From positions 11,513,540 to 11,577,539 of the forward strand of contig NC_057749.1 in NCBI RefSeq assembly GCF_004010195.1: a stretch of 64,000 nt of DNA, read 5' to 3'. The notes below the pieces were generated by a model. The model was not told the DNA's origin. It did no database searches and was given only the letters and a program-made list of their open reading frames with translations. Every line of letters starts with the position of its first letter. Positions within the stretch are counted from its first letter, which is position 1. Positions 37,978 through 50,049 of the stretch are shown in pieces. A program made the translations under genes and the position numbers. This DNA is from Chiloscyllium plagiosum (lineage: Eukaryota).

Positions 37978-38770
37978 AATAAGGAAAAGGAGTAGGCAAC
38001 TTCTCACTTCAAGCCTGCTCCGACATTCAATAAGTCATGACTGATCTGATTTTAACCTTAACTCTACATTCCTGCATATCCCTGATAATCTTTCATTCTC
38101 TTGGTAATCAAAAATCTGTCTCTCTCTCTTTCTTTAGAATATTTAAGGGTTGTGCATCCACTGCCTTTTGAGGAATTCCAAGGACAGTCAACCCTCAGAG
38201 GGAAAAAAAATTTCTTCACTGGTCTTAAATGGACACTCCCTTATTCTTAATCTATGACCCCGAGATGTGGAGTCTCCCACAACAGGAACCATCCTTTTGA
38301 CATCCACCCAATTAATCTTCAGGATACTAAGTTTCAGTTATGTCACCTCTGACTCTCAATGTACAGGCCCACTTGTCTAGTCTTTGCTCATAAGGCAATC
38401 CACTCATTTCAAGTATAAATTGAATAAACCTTCTTCTCTGAACACCTTTGAATGCATTAACAACCTTCTGAAAATATGGTCATCAGTGTTGTACACCAGA
38501 TGTGGTTTCAATAATGTTCTATATAATTGAAGCATAACCTCCCTACTGCTGTATTCAATTCATATATTAGCTTTCCTGACTACTTGCTGTATCTGCATTC
38601 TAACCTTCTGTAATACATCCAGAACTTTTTGGATTCAGAGCTCTGCAACATGTCATCTTTTGGACAATGTTATTTTAAATATTTTTTCTGCCAGTGTGAA
38701 CAATTTCTTACATCATGTTCCATTTGCTAGATCTATATCCCTTTGTAGGCGCCTTATGTCCTTTTTGCAA
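37978..38770 (-). mobile_element. CR1-like LINE 3' fragment, old
   Basis: Antisense 3'UTR and ORF2 end similar to approx. 6790-7060 and 12545-13100. Confidence 0.65.
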
Positions 38771-39225
38771 CACTTCCCTTTTTGTATAGGGGGAGCGGCT
38801 CAGGTGGTCAAAGGTTTATGTTTAACCTCTGCTCTGCTGGAATTTTAGCATATCATTCAAGTGACAAATAAATAAATTGTTTAGTAGATGTCTGAAAGTT
38901 GGAGATGCAGATGTTGATTACTAAATTACAAAAGCTGTGCTGGCACTTGCTTTAGTATTGCTAGTATTGCACAAGCAAGCATCTGCCTCTTCATGACATT
39001 GCTATTTGTGCTCAGTGAAAAATGTGAAGAGAAGATGGCTTGATCTAAACAGATAAGAGACAATTTAATGGTAATGATGCCTGCAAAATTTGATTTTGAT
39101 TCATGGTGTTTTGAAACTGTTTATCTGAAGAATTTCTGCCTTGGAATATCCTGTTCCATGGAGCAAAGTACAATTTTCTGTCCAATGTCAATTTCCTTTG
39201 TCAGTAACTGTCAGTTGTTTTTCAG

Positions 39226-39329
39226 AGTACGGTCTGCGATTAGCAAGCCACATTTTTGTAAAGGAGATTTCATCAGAGGGGCTGGCTGCCAAGGACGGCA
39301 ACATTCATGAGGGAGATGTAGTATTGAAG
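39226..39329 (+). CDS. TJP1: TJP1 exon (approx. 6), PDZ2: [35 protein letters not shown]
   Basis: ttcag/gttggt boundaries; 104 nt. Confidence 0.97.
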
Positions 39330-40267
39330 GTTGGTCACTTTTCTAGTTCCCATCTTAAAAACATGAAAATGTCCCTCCTCTTCAGATTTGACACCAAACC
39401 TTGATTTTGAAAATGCATTATCTAGTCAGTGTTCAAGTGGTTCGACAGGGAGGCTTTGATCCCGGCTGTTTACTGCTCTTTCGGATGAAAATAACGTGAA
39501 ACAATTTTGTAATTGTCCCATAAATGCCAGTTCGATAATATTTAAATATATGTCATTTGATAAGGAATCCAGCGCTTTTATTGTTTAGAGAACATCTAAA
39601 GCAATAGGTGTTCTTGATGGCAACATGAATTTATTCAGTACATAGCTGAACCCTGTAGCTCAAGCAAGTTTCATGCCCTAATTCTGGTCTCCTAAGTTGG
39701 CATCATCTAGGCACCTGGTGAGAATCCAGAATATGCCTTCATTTCTAAATTAGGATTAAAGTTGTGTCATGCCTGATGGCATTCAAGTGTAGATACAACA
39801 GAATTGGATTCTGTTTGTAATGAAATAATTTACTGCTTCTCATTGTCTATTCTGACATGGAGAAATGGGCAAGATAATGGAGGTTGACTGATGATCATAG
39901 AATTTGTGCTCCAGCTGGGATGAGTGAGAGAACAGAAGAAAGAAAAAGTATGTTGGAATTCACATTCATCTGAACACGTTGGAAGTCTTTCTGCAGTGAT
40001 TACCAGTTAGGGAAGACACTTGTGTCTGAAGTCTCTGGCAGTTTAAAGGGCTGTCACTGTTTCATTCAACTAAAGGGCACTTTGACCAAACCTTTCTCAA
40101 CTTGAAAATATAGTTCATAACAGTCCAAGCTCAACAGAAAAAAAATCTTGTTTTATTAAATTAATTGACAAATGTTTTTCTAATCTTGGCTCTATTTAAA
40201 CAATTCTTGTGGTGTAGAGGGTTTTGCACTACTATAACTGAAGTTAATGTTGATACATTTGAGGGTA

Positions 40268-40365
40268 TGATTAGATTAGATTACTTAGTGTGGAAACAGG
40301 CCCTTTGGCCCAACAAGTCCACACCGACCCACTGAAGCGCAACCCTCCCAGACCATTCCCCTACA
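40268..40365 (-). mobile_element. SINE/LINE 3' tail fragment
   Basis: (ttaga)n tail then tggaaacaggccctttggcccaacaagtccacaccgacc. Confidence 0.65.
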
Positions 40366-40546
40366 ATGGGTAGGGACTGCTGACGGGGAAGAGAATGTTT
40401 GCTGTATGAGAAAATGTTAGTACTGTTTTAATTTTTAGTACATAGAAGAAGCTATTGTATCACTCTGACTGCTGCCTTCAGATGAAGACCTATTTATGGT
40501 CAGGCACCAGTTTCTTCCTTATTGTGGTTCTTTTGTTCCGTTATAG

Positions 40547-40715
40547 ATCAATGGTACTGTGACAGAAAACATGTCACTAGGAGATGCAAAGAAGCTAATT
40601 GAGAGGTCAAAGGGGAAGCTTAAAATGGTGGTGCAGAGAGATGAGAGAGCCACTCTCCTTAACGTGCCTGATTTGGATGACAGCATTCCCTCTGCAAATG
40701 CTTCTGAAAGAGATG
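40547..40715 (+). CDS. TJP1: TJP1 exon (approx. 7), end of PDZ2: [56 protein letters not shown]
   Basis: tatag/gtaagt boundaries; 169 nt. Confidence 0.97.
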
Positions 40716-41068
40716 GTAAGTTTTGAACTAAAAGTCTTTCAAGGACAGTGGTGTAATTGCTTACCTTTTAGACCTTTTCAATGCAAGTGACATGCTGAGC
40801 CTAAACTTAATGTGTTTAGTTGTTCACCAGAGGAATACTGAGCGTGTACTAGGAAATGTCAGGCTTTCATTGTCAGCTTCGTTCCTAATAGAATTCAAAT
40901 TGTTCTCTTTGGGACTTGAACAGTTACTGTGTGCACGATGTGAAGATACTCAATATTTTCCCAAGTTAAATGTTTTATTGTAGAAATACGTTTTTGTGAA
41001 ATCAGTGAATAGTTTTTGTATTTTGAGTTTTTCCTGTAGTAACAAGATGATTTGTGAATTTTGTTTAG

Positions 41069-41216
41069 ATATTTCAGAAATTCATTCATTGGTATCTGAT
41101 CATTCCAACCGTTCAAATGAAAGACCACGGCTACGCAATCGTTCACGTTCGCCAGACAAACGGTCAGACTGGTCTGACCATTCACACCATTCTCCACAGC
41201 CCATCAGTAACGGGAG
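41069..41216 (+). CDS. TJP1: TJP1 exon (approx. 8): DISEIHSLVSDHSNRS...RSRSPDKRS...HSPQPISNG
   Basis: tttag/gtaggc boundaries; 148 nt; frame continuous with neighbours. Confidence 0.95.
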
Positions 41217-43498
41217 GTAGGCTTTTTGCCCTTTTTAATGAGGCCTTACCTTGCGTCAAGGTTTGCACTGCTCTTGGACATATTTTGTAGCTTTTGCTTC
41301 ACATGAAATTCTAGATGGTAAGACCATAGAACAAGTCAATAACTTTTTAACCTACCCATAACAGCTGCAAAGTTACTAATCTGTTTGGATATTCAAAGGT
41401 CTGGGGAAAAATCATCCTTTTAATCATTTCTCTTACTGTGTCTGTACTATCTCTGGTTTGATAGTAACTAATTTAATTCTGTTGGGCAGCTAGATAGACC
41501 TTCGAAATCTGTGTGAAGGCAGCGCATTTCTCTTAAAATAATTTAAAAGTTTAAAGGAAAGTGGAAAGGATTGTCATATTATTACCAAATGCTTAATGTG
41601 CATGTGTTTGCCTCTGTAAAAAGATTGGATTGAGCTAGATACGTGATCAATTAGGTGGATAAGAGACAGCAGTGAGAACAGCTGCATGCAGTTGAAAGGC
41701 CTCCCTGTGTTTCAGGTTATTGGCACTCGAGTCAACAACAAGTCATTTTCAGGTTTTTCTTAAGCTGTCCAGTTTTTTTTTTGGTTTGTTGTGTTCTCTG
41801 AGCTCCCCTGACAGCAAATTCCATTCTACAGGATTGGCACAATACTTCTGTGTGGGTATAGAGTTCCACTTTTGAGTCCTTTGGTTCTTGTCACCCTAGC
41901 ATGTATATTAACAAAGGTTAAATTTGGGATGCTGCACAAAGCTAAATATTGATTGCTTTAGCTTCCTACCATTTAGATTGTCAGTGAGAATTTTGACCAC
42001 ATACACAGTGCATTATTTTTGGCACTGTTTAGTGAATGACATGAATGCACAAAGAATGAGTGAACATTGAAGGTATAATATTGAAATATTAAATAATACA
42101 CTCCAGTTATTTCAGGCCTTTGTGCAAGTCAGCAAATAACATTTTATGTTGTTACATGTCTACCGAAGAATAAAATGGCTTGATACCAATAGTATTCTTA
42201 ATTTAAGAGTGTATGCACATGCAGTGATATGTAGCAGCAGCCATGTTGGTTCACATAACTTGTTAAGATCCCCCAGATTCTGTCAAGGAGCCATGCTTGA
42301 TAGCGTCAGTGTGGCTGCTGCTTCACATCACACAAATTAACGTTTGTTCACTTTCTTCTTTCTTCAGTATCATCGGAAAGACAACCTAATGCTAACATGG
42401 CTGAATTGCAGTTTAAGTTTGTAGTTTTGTCATTGTTGGTTTTATATCAATGTACAAACCATTTTCAGAAGCTATAATTAAACAGCACTAAGTATCTTTG
42501 GAAAATGTCCCCATGTGCTTTCTGGCACAAACTATATTTTGTGCTGGCAGAGCTAAATTAATTTGTTTGACAAACAATGACAGTGTTTTTCCTTTGCAAT
42601 GCTTCCTGTTCTGAAAGTTAGGATAATGTTGGCTATTTTGCTTGAAAGCTGAATGAAAACAAAACAGATCAATAATAATTCAGGCATTGGGTCAAATTTG
42701 CTGTCTAATGTAAAGATAAATTTATTTTAACTGGCACACTTTATTTTAGCTGGCACACTTAATAATAATACTCAAATATCCAAAGTTTTTAATGGATTAG
42801 CATGATGTCTCAGTAGTCAGTTGAGGATGCAAGTGAGAAGGATGTCTGCTGGTAAGTTTAATACAAAGTTGCATTATTATTTAAGTGATTAATGCAATAA
42901 GTAAAGCATAACAGTGATGTTTATACCTCCTGCATCATGTTTCAATTATCTTAGTGTATGATTTTATATTTATTATTTGTGGATCTCTTGATTAACTGCA
43001 ACATTTGATCAATCGGCGCAAATCTGGTTCCATACGGTTGGTTAATAAAAGGTTTACTGCATAACTGGAAGAGAGTAGGTAAGATGAATGCTGATCACTT
43101 GGATAGTGAGACTGGAGAGTTGATGATGAAGAATACAAATGGCAAAGTTACTAACTCAATGTTTTACTTCAGTTTTCATTGTATAACCTGTTATTGGGGT
43201 GGTGCACCCACAAAGATTGTAGAAAGGGAGGAACTTAAAACAATCATCACTGGGGAAAAGTACTGAGCAAACCTTTAGGATTGAAGGTGAACAAGTTCTC
43301 AAGCCCTAATGGCCTACATCCTAGGGTCATAAAGGAAATGGCAGCAGAGACAGTGGATCCATTGATTAGAATTTTCCAAAACTCCCTGGATCTGGGAAAG
43401 GTTCTAGTGGGTTGTAAAAAAAATAGTACTCAAAAATATGGCTGGCGCATAGTCCAAATATGTGATATCTGAGCTCTGACTCACCAATGTTTCCTTAA

Positions 43499-44048
43499 AG
43501 TTTGTGAAAAGATTTGTAGCTCGGGTGCTCATTGTTGTGGTTCTGTTCGCCGAGCTGGGAATTTGTGTTGCAGACATTTCGTCCCCTGTCTAGGTGACAT
43601 CCTCAGTGCTTGGGAGCCTCCTGTGAAGCGCTTCTGTGATCTTTCCTCCGGCATTTGTAGTGGTTTGAATCTGCCGCTTCCGGTTGTCAGTTCCAGCTGT
43701 CTGTTGCAGTGGCCGGTATATTGGGTCCAGATCGATGTGCTTATTGACTGAATCTGTGGATGAGTGCCATGCCTCTAGGAATTCCCTGGCTGTTCTCTGA
43801 ATTCCTAGAGGCATGGCACTCATCCACAGATTCAGTCAATAAGCACATCGACCTGGACCCAATATACCGGCCACTGCAACGGACAGCTGGAACTGACAAC
43901 CAGAAGTGGCAGATTCAAACCACTACAAATGCCGGAGGAAAGATCACAGAAACGCTTCACAGGAGGCTCCCAAGCACTGAGGATGTCACTTAGACAGGGG
44001 ACGAAACGTCTGCAACACAAATTCCCAGCTCGGCGAACAGAACCACAA
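43499..44048. mobile_element. Fold-back PLE element (family C), arms approx. 255 bp, 14-bp TSD caatgtttccttaa
   Basis: TSD at 43485-43498 and 44049-44062; mirror ORFs REFLEAWHS...RRLPSTEDVT on both strands; hammerheads at 43570-43609 (-) and 43974-44013 (+). Confidence 0.92.
43974..44013 (+). ncRNA. Minimal type I hammerhead ribozyme motif
   Basis: gca-CTGAGGA-t-gtc-(loop)-gac-GAAA-CGTC-tgc (stem I gca/tgc). Confidence 0.75.
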
Positions 44049-44904
44049 CAATGTTTCCTTAATTTCAGTAGTCCTCTCTCCTCATTTCCCAAAAACTAAT
44101 CCAAATGGACTGAATTTGGTTGGTGTTTTTGGTGCATCCCTAATTACAAAAATTACAAATGTAATTCCTTTATCCCAGTCCTCTGAATAGTCTTGACTAT
44201 AAGCCCTCAATGCAGTTTTTAAAGTTTGATGCCACCATTCTAATGCTGCTTGCGATTGTGAATGGTACACAGTGGGTTTGAGTTATTTTATTCCTAAGTT
44301 ATCCTTCTTTGTAAAAGTTGACCCTTGATCCAGTTTTATCTCTGAGGGTACTCTATATCTAGTGGGAAAAAAAAGAGTACCTCTGCTACAGTCCTTTTAG
44401 CCATGATGCTGCATAATAGAAAGGCCTCTGGAAATCTAGAACTAACATTATGGTCAGCAAATTGTTTAAGGTAGGGCTCCTGGCACAATCAATAAAGACC
44501 ATTGTAAAAGGTTCCTCAAATGCAGGAATGGGTATTAAGGGTGTTGGTTTTATCACTGCCTATGGTTTTCCAATTACTTGACACACATGACATCTCCAGC
44601 AAAATTCAACCACATCCCTATGCAGTCCAGGCCAGCAAAAATATTTCTGTATTTTGGTTTAAGTTTTCCTTCTTTGCAATTGACCATCATCTGGTAATTC
44701 ATATGACAAACTATCTTCAGTGAGATTTCCTTTTCTCTCACCACCTGAAGATTTCTCTCTCCCCCTATTTCTATCCCTCACAGATCAAAATTGATGTCAG
44801 AAGCCAAATTTTTTTGATTTATGTATCAGCTCACAATCATCTGCCATTTCTGCTGCTTATTTTGGAGTTTTAAGTCTCTGCTCTTCCACGTGAATTCTCA
44901 CTAT

Positions 44905-46150
44905 TTCATAGAGAAACACAGCATGGAAACAAACCCTTCGGTTCAACTCGTCCATGCTGACCAGACATAGCAGCCTAATTAAGTCCCATTTGCCAACACT
45001 TGGCCCATATCCCTCCATCCCTCCAAACCCTTCCTATTCATATACCCATCCAAATGCCTCTTAAATGTTGCAATTGTACCAGCCTCCATCACTTCCTCTG
45101 GCAGCTCTTTCCATCCATGCACCACCCTCTGCGTGAAAAAGTTGCTCCTTAGGTCCCTTTTATATCTTTCCCCTCTCACCCTAAACCTAAACCCTCTAGT
45201 TCTGGACTGCCCCAACTCGGGGAAAAGACTTTGTTTATGTTATCCATGCCCCTCATGATTTTATAAGCCTCTATAAGGGCACCCTTCAGTCTCTGACGCT
45301 CTAGGGAAAACTGTTGCAGCCCCTCCCTATAGCTCAAGTCCTCCAATCCTGGCAATAAGCGAGTTTTGAGAAGATTTGTAGTTCAAGTTGAGGTTCTGGA
45401 TGTAGGTTTGCTCGCTGAGCTGGAAGGTTCGCTTTCAGACGTTTCGTCACCATACGGTAACATCTTCAGTGAGCCTTCGAATGAAGCACTAGTGGTGTAA
45501 CCTGCTTTCTGTTTCTATGTTTGGGTTTCCTTGGGGAACCTTCCAGTTCAGAGAGCAAATCTACATCCAGAACATCCTTGTAAACCTTTTGTGAACCCTT
45601 TCAAGTTTCACAGCATCCTTCCGATAGGAAGGAGACCAGAATTGCATGCAATATTCCAAAAGTGACTTAACCCATGTCCTGTACATCTGCAACAAGCCCT
45701 CCCAACCCCTATAGTCAGTGCTCTGACCAATAAAGCATGCCAAATTTCTCCTTCATTAACCTATCTACCTGCGACTCTACTTTCAAGGGGCTATGAATCT
45801 TCACTCCAAGGTCTCTTTGTTCAGCAACATTCCCTAGGACCTTACCATTAAATGTATAAGTTCTGTCCTGATTTGCTTTCCCAAAATGCAGCCACCTCCC
45901 ATTTATCTAAATTAAACTCCAACTGCCTGTCCTCAGCCCATTGGCCCATTTGCTCAAGATCCCGTTGTAATCAGAGATAAGCTTCTTCATTGTCCATTAC
46001 ACCTCCAGTTTTGGTGTCATCTGCAAACTTACTAACTATACCTCCTATATTCACATCCAAATCCTTTATAAAAGTGGCAAAGCAGTGGACCCAGCACTGA
46101 TCCTTGTGGCACACCACTGGTCACAGGCCTCCTGTTTGAAAAGCAACCCT
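44905..46150 (-). mobile_element. CR1-like LINE 3' part nested in the Gmr1-like element
   Basis: RSNFFTQRVVHGWKELP and LLEYCMQFWSP on the minus strand. Confidence 0.85.
45357..45572. mobile_element. Asymmetric fold-back PLE element (family D)
   Basis: gttctggatgtaggtttgctcgctgagctggaaggttc versus gaaccttccagttcagagagcaaatctacatccagaac; minus-strand hammerhead tca-CTGAAGA-t-gttacc-gtat-ggtgac-GAAACGTC-tga at 45435-45472. Confidence 0.78.
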
Positions 46151-47510
46151 CCACCACCGCCCTCTGTCTTGTGTGAACTGAATTTTTTAACTCCTCCTCA
46201 ATAATTGTCTAAGAATGTCATATATTTGATGAATTTTATCCTCTTTCTTTGTTTGATTCTTTCACACTCAATATACATTTGACCAAGTTCTCTCCTTAAG
46301 TTCCTGAAATGTTATCTGTAGGCTTCTGGTACATGTTCATATAATACTACATATAATTCTTATAATACGATGGCATTTTTTCACCTCGTTGTACTCCCCA
46401 AAGACCTCTGTTTGATGGTGATGCAATTACTTCAGTAGCTCTGCTACCAACTTTCGTTTGGATCAAAAATACCCACATGGCCACCGTCCATTTAATTTGT
46501 TTTACCACTTTCTCAAATGAAATGAAAAAGGTTTCGACATCCTTCTCATTGAACTTAGGCAACGCTTGGATAGATTTAAACAGATCCCCACTGGGCTGTT
46601 GACTATGATGGAATTGCTCTCCATCACTGTCCTCATTACTACTCTTTCATTTGATATCTATAACCCTTAGTTTAAGTCGACTGTGAGTTCTCCGTTCCAA
46701 TCTCTGAAGTTCAACAACTCTGTTTCTCCTTTTCGTCTGTCTTTCTCTGGTTTTCCCTCTTGCTCCTTTTTCGTCTGGGACTCTTGCTGTTGCTCCCTTT
46801 CGTCTCGGGCTCTGGTCTCTCCTTTTTCTTTGGCTTTAAATTGTAATCCAGTCTGTTTAATTTCCCTTTCACATTCAAGCTCCTGCATTTGCAATTTAAT
46901 TTTAACAATTGAATTTAATTTTCCAAAGAGTCTAATGGCATTTCTGGCAATTCTAAATACTGCATTATTGCCTCAACTATCTCCCCTTTCCTTGTAGACA
47001 TAGGAAACCCCAATTCCAGCTTGTTTGCTACATCCAAAAGTTTTGCTTTGCTCCTTTTCCATAAAAGTCATGAAGTACTTCTTCCACACCCCCCTCCCGA
47101 AACCTCTTAGTGCCTGAAAGAGCCATTACCACACAATTATACCCTGTGTAAACCAACTGAATTCACCTCCTGAAATTAAGACCAGTAACACTTGCCACTC
47201 TCTGCCTGAGAGTTCAATAATCCAAAGCCTAACCCGGACTTAGATATTTTGATTCTGACGAGCCCCCCGTTTGTCATGGACCAGACCCTGCCTTTTTCTT
47301 TATTAGAAAGATAATTTTAAGATGTTGTGTTCCAGATGCAATTCGATTGCCCAAACTGCTCAATGTTATGTAAGACACAATTTATTCATAGCTGTGGTTA
47401 AAATACATCAAAACAAAGAAATAAAAGAATTGGCTGAGCTGTAATTCTATTGGCGAACTTAACAGAATAATAGATACAGTAACTGTTACTAATTAACTGT
47501 TCCAATATAG

Positions 47511-48301
47511 TATTATAGACCAGGCCAGAACCCTCAAAACGTTTCAAGAAGGTGTCCCAGACCCTAACTGTGCCAGTTGTTTTAAAGTCCTAGAAATGTA
47601 CAGCATGGAAACAGACTCTTTGGTCTGCTCATCCATGCTGACCGAATATCCCAACCCAATCTAGTCCCACCTGCCAACTCCCGGCCCATATCTCTCCAAA
47701 CTCTTCCTATTCATATACCCATCCAGATGCCTTTTAAATGTTGCAATTATACTAGCCTCCACCACTTGTTCTGGTGTAAAGTGGGTATTCCAGGAGAGAA
47801 TCAGCTGGTCAAACCACTTAGTTTTAAACAAAACAGAATTTATTTACAAGATTACTGAACGAAACACAAGGAGCAGGAAGCAGAATGCCAAATAACTAAT
47901 CAGAAAACCAAACCAATCATCCCACCTAATGATGCTGTTCGCAACAATCCTCATAAACATCCCTTGGCACAAAAGGTTAAATCAAATACAAGTCCTTACA
48001 GGTAGGAATTGGAGAGAGAACCAGCCTGAGCTTGCTTCTGAATTCCAGCAGCGTTTCCATACCAAAAAAACCAAACCAGAGAAAAGCTGAGCTGGGAGAA
48101 CTGGCCACTCCCCTTTCATTATACAACTTTTTTTTCGTAACTTGAAAGCCGTGTGCCTGAGGCAGTATCTGTTAGCTGTAAACAAATTAGCCCATAAACT
48201 CATCCAAACTCAGACTTTTTGGAACCTGTGTTTTTACGACCTCCTGAAGGGAAAAAAAACCAAGGACAACCTAACCTTGTTAAAGGAGCAGCTTCATCAC
48301 A
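47511..48301. mobile_element. Solo LTR nested in the outer LTR, itself carrying a CR1 tail (approx. 47585-47772)
   Basis: Starts tattatagaccaggccaga (compare tgttatggatgaggccaga at 13635), ends catcaca; flanks atag/gtag. Confidence 0.65.
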
Positions 48302-48746
48302 GTAGTTACATCCCATAAACTCATGCTTGGCAAAATGCAAATTCAAAACAGATTGTCTCACATGCAACTCTGGCCCAAGAGGAAATGCTTCAAGAGAACT
48401 CCGAGACTGTAGCAAGAAGAGATTTCCAGCAAAACTAAGAAACTAAAAATTCGGGTTCTGTGAGAGTTTGACCAGACCCATTCAGGCTGGTTCTATTATT
48501 CTAACTTTAAAAAGAAACCCAAAGCCCCTCAAGCTGTTAACTTGTCAATTTTTTAATGGACATCTTGGCATTTCTGTCTTAAAAACCTTTCTTCGATAAA
48601 AGACTAGGACATAATCCTTTTAACCATAGTTTTATGACACTATAATAAGTTATTCAAAGCTTCAATGTCACTGAGTACTCACCAGATGCATAGAGTTTCT
48701 TTGTTTGAAAAGTGAACTAGTGATAACTTTTCAAATTTGTGTTTAG

Positions 48747-48907
48747 TCAAAGATCTCGTGAAGATGATGTGATTAGAGGACCCAAGGCTGGAGCTGTGTC
48801 CACACCAGTGAAAAATACCGAAGAGTTGTTTGTAGCTAAAGCTGTCGAAGAGCCTATGACTGCAGTTGTTGACGAGAGAACAGAGAAACAGGTTCCTCCA
48901 TTACCAG
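48747..48907 (+). CDS. TJP1: TJP1 exon (approx. 9): SQRSREDDVIRGPKAGAVSTPVKN...EKQVPPLP
   Basis: tttag/gtctgt boundaries; 161 nt; GAVSTPVK and EKQxPxLP motifs of ZO-1. Confidence 0.92.
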
Positions 48908-49213
48908 GTCTGTTGTAAAAAAATCATTATTGTTCAGAAGGAAATTATGCTATTTTCAGAAGCACTGTTGGGAGAAGGGACAGCTGGAGAGTTTAGCAGG
49001 TGTAATTGATCGATTCTGCACGTTGCTACATGACAAGATTACTGTTAAGAAGACATATATCACTACAGTCACATTAGTTCAGACTTTTACATCTTTTGAA
49101 ATTCTTCTGTAAATATAACTAGTTAGGACACAATTAAGGTTTAAGAATGCCCTTACTTTTAAATTTGAGAAGTTATATTACAAAACAATACCTAACATGA
49201 ACTATTTCTGCAG

Positions 49214-49319
49214 AACCGAAGCCTGTGTATGCTCAACCTGGTCAGCCTGATGTGGATTTGCCTGTTAGCCCATCTGATGCACCTATTCCAAACTCGTCGC
49301 ATGATGATGGAATGTTGAG
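49214..49319 (+). CDS. TJP1: TJP1 exon (approx. 10): EPKPVYAQPGQPDVDLPVSPSDAPIPNSSHDDGML
   Basis: tgcag/gtaatt boundaries; 106 nt. Confidence 0.96.
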
Positions 49320-49676
49320 GTAATTCAGCAATTCTGCCCACGCCAGTGTAGTGCTGCTAAGAAATGATGTGATTGTTCCACGACCTATAACACAGAACTT
49401 GATGTGTTTGGATAATTTAGCTGAAGTTTTCTTCTCTTCACGATTTACACAAGATATCATCTAAATCTTAATCCACAGGGCTTCAGATAATTATTAATTT
49501 GTTTATTTTGGAAACTGCTCAATGGTCTCATGCTAGAAACACCAGGAAGCAATGAATATCCATACATTGTATGTACGTTCCGTTTACGCCAAAAAACTTG
49601 AGCATGTTTTGCCAGTGGAGTTAACAGTTTAACTGTTCTTTACTGTGGTCTCACACCACACAATGTTCTCTTTCAG

Positions 49677-49827
49677 ACCAAGTATGAAGCTTGTGAAGTT
49701 TAAGAAGGGCGAAAGTGTTGGGCTGCGCCTGGCTGGTGGAAATGATGTGGGAATATTTGTTGCTGGAGTATTGGAAGATAGTCCTGCAGCTAAAGAAGGT
49801 TTAGAGGAAGGAGATCAGATCCTCAGA
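49677..49827 (+). CDS. TJP1: TJP1 exon (approx. 11), PDZ3: [51 protein letters not shown]
   Basis: ttcag/gtaaga boundaries; 151 nt. Confidence 0.97.
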
Positions 49828-50049
49828 GTAAGACAACATATTTGCAGTGAATTCTGTTGGTTGACTGAGTGCAGTCCTAATGAAATTTGATTCTTTCCAT
49901 GAATGAAGTAAAATTGTCATGTGACTTTTGGAAAGTTGTATTTTGTATCTAACCACTTAACTATAATGCTGTTTGACAATGTTATCAGGGAGATGCAATA
50001 AAATCCAGAGTCCTCTAATCCTTAGGAAAGGAAATCCTCCACCTTTTAA

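Larger units (their letters stand above)
43430..48640 (-). mobile_element. Second Gmr1-like Gypsy element, truncated (LTR, PBS, gag, IN), with nested insertions
   Basis: IN core YHSQSQAALEWWHQTLKTALR...DWDKG...FSPFGLVFG (44082-44270); gag PKFNEKDVETFFISFEK; PBS reverse complement gggggctcgtcagaatc at approx. 47251-47267; LTR approx. 47272-48639. Confidence 0.8.

Noticed and set aside
42350..42425. Acceptor-like ctttcttctttcttcag as an extra TJP1 exon
   Set aside because: The frame hits TAA after six codons, there is no good donor, and exons 8 and 9 already join in frame. It cannot be supported without RNA data.
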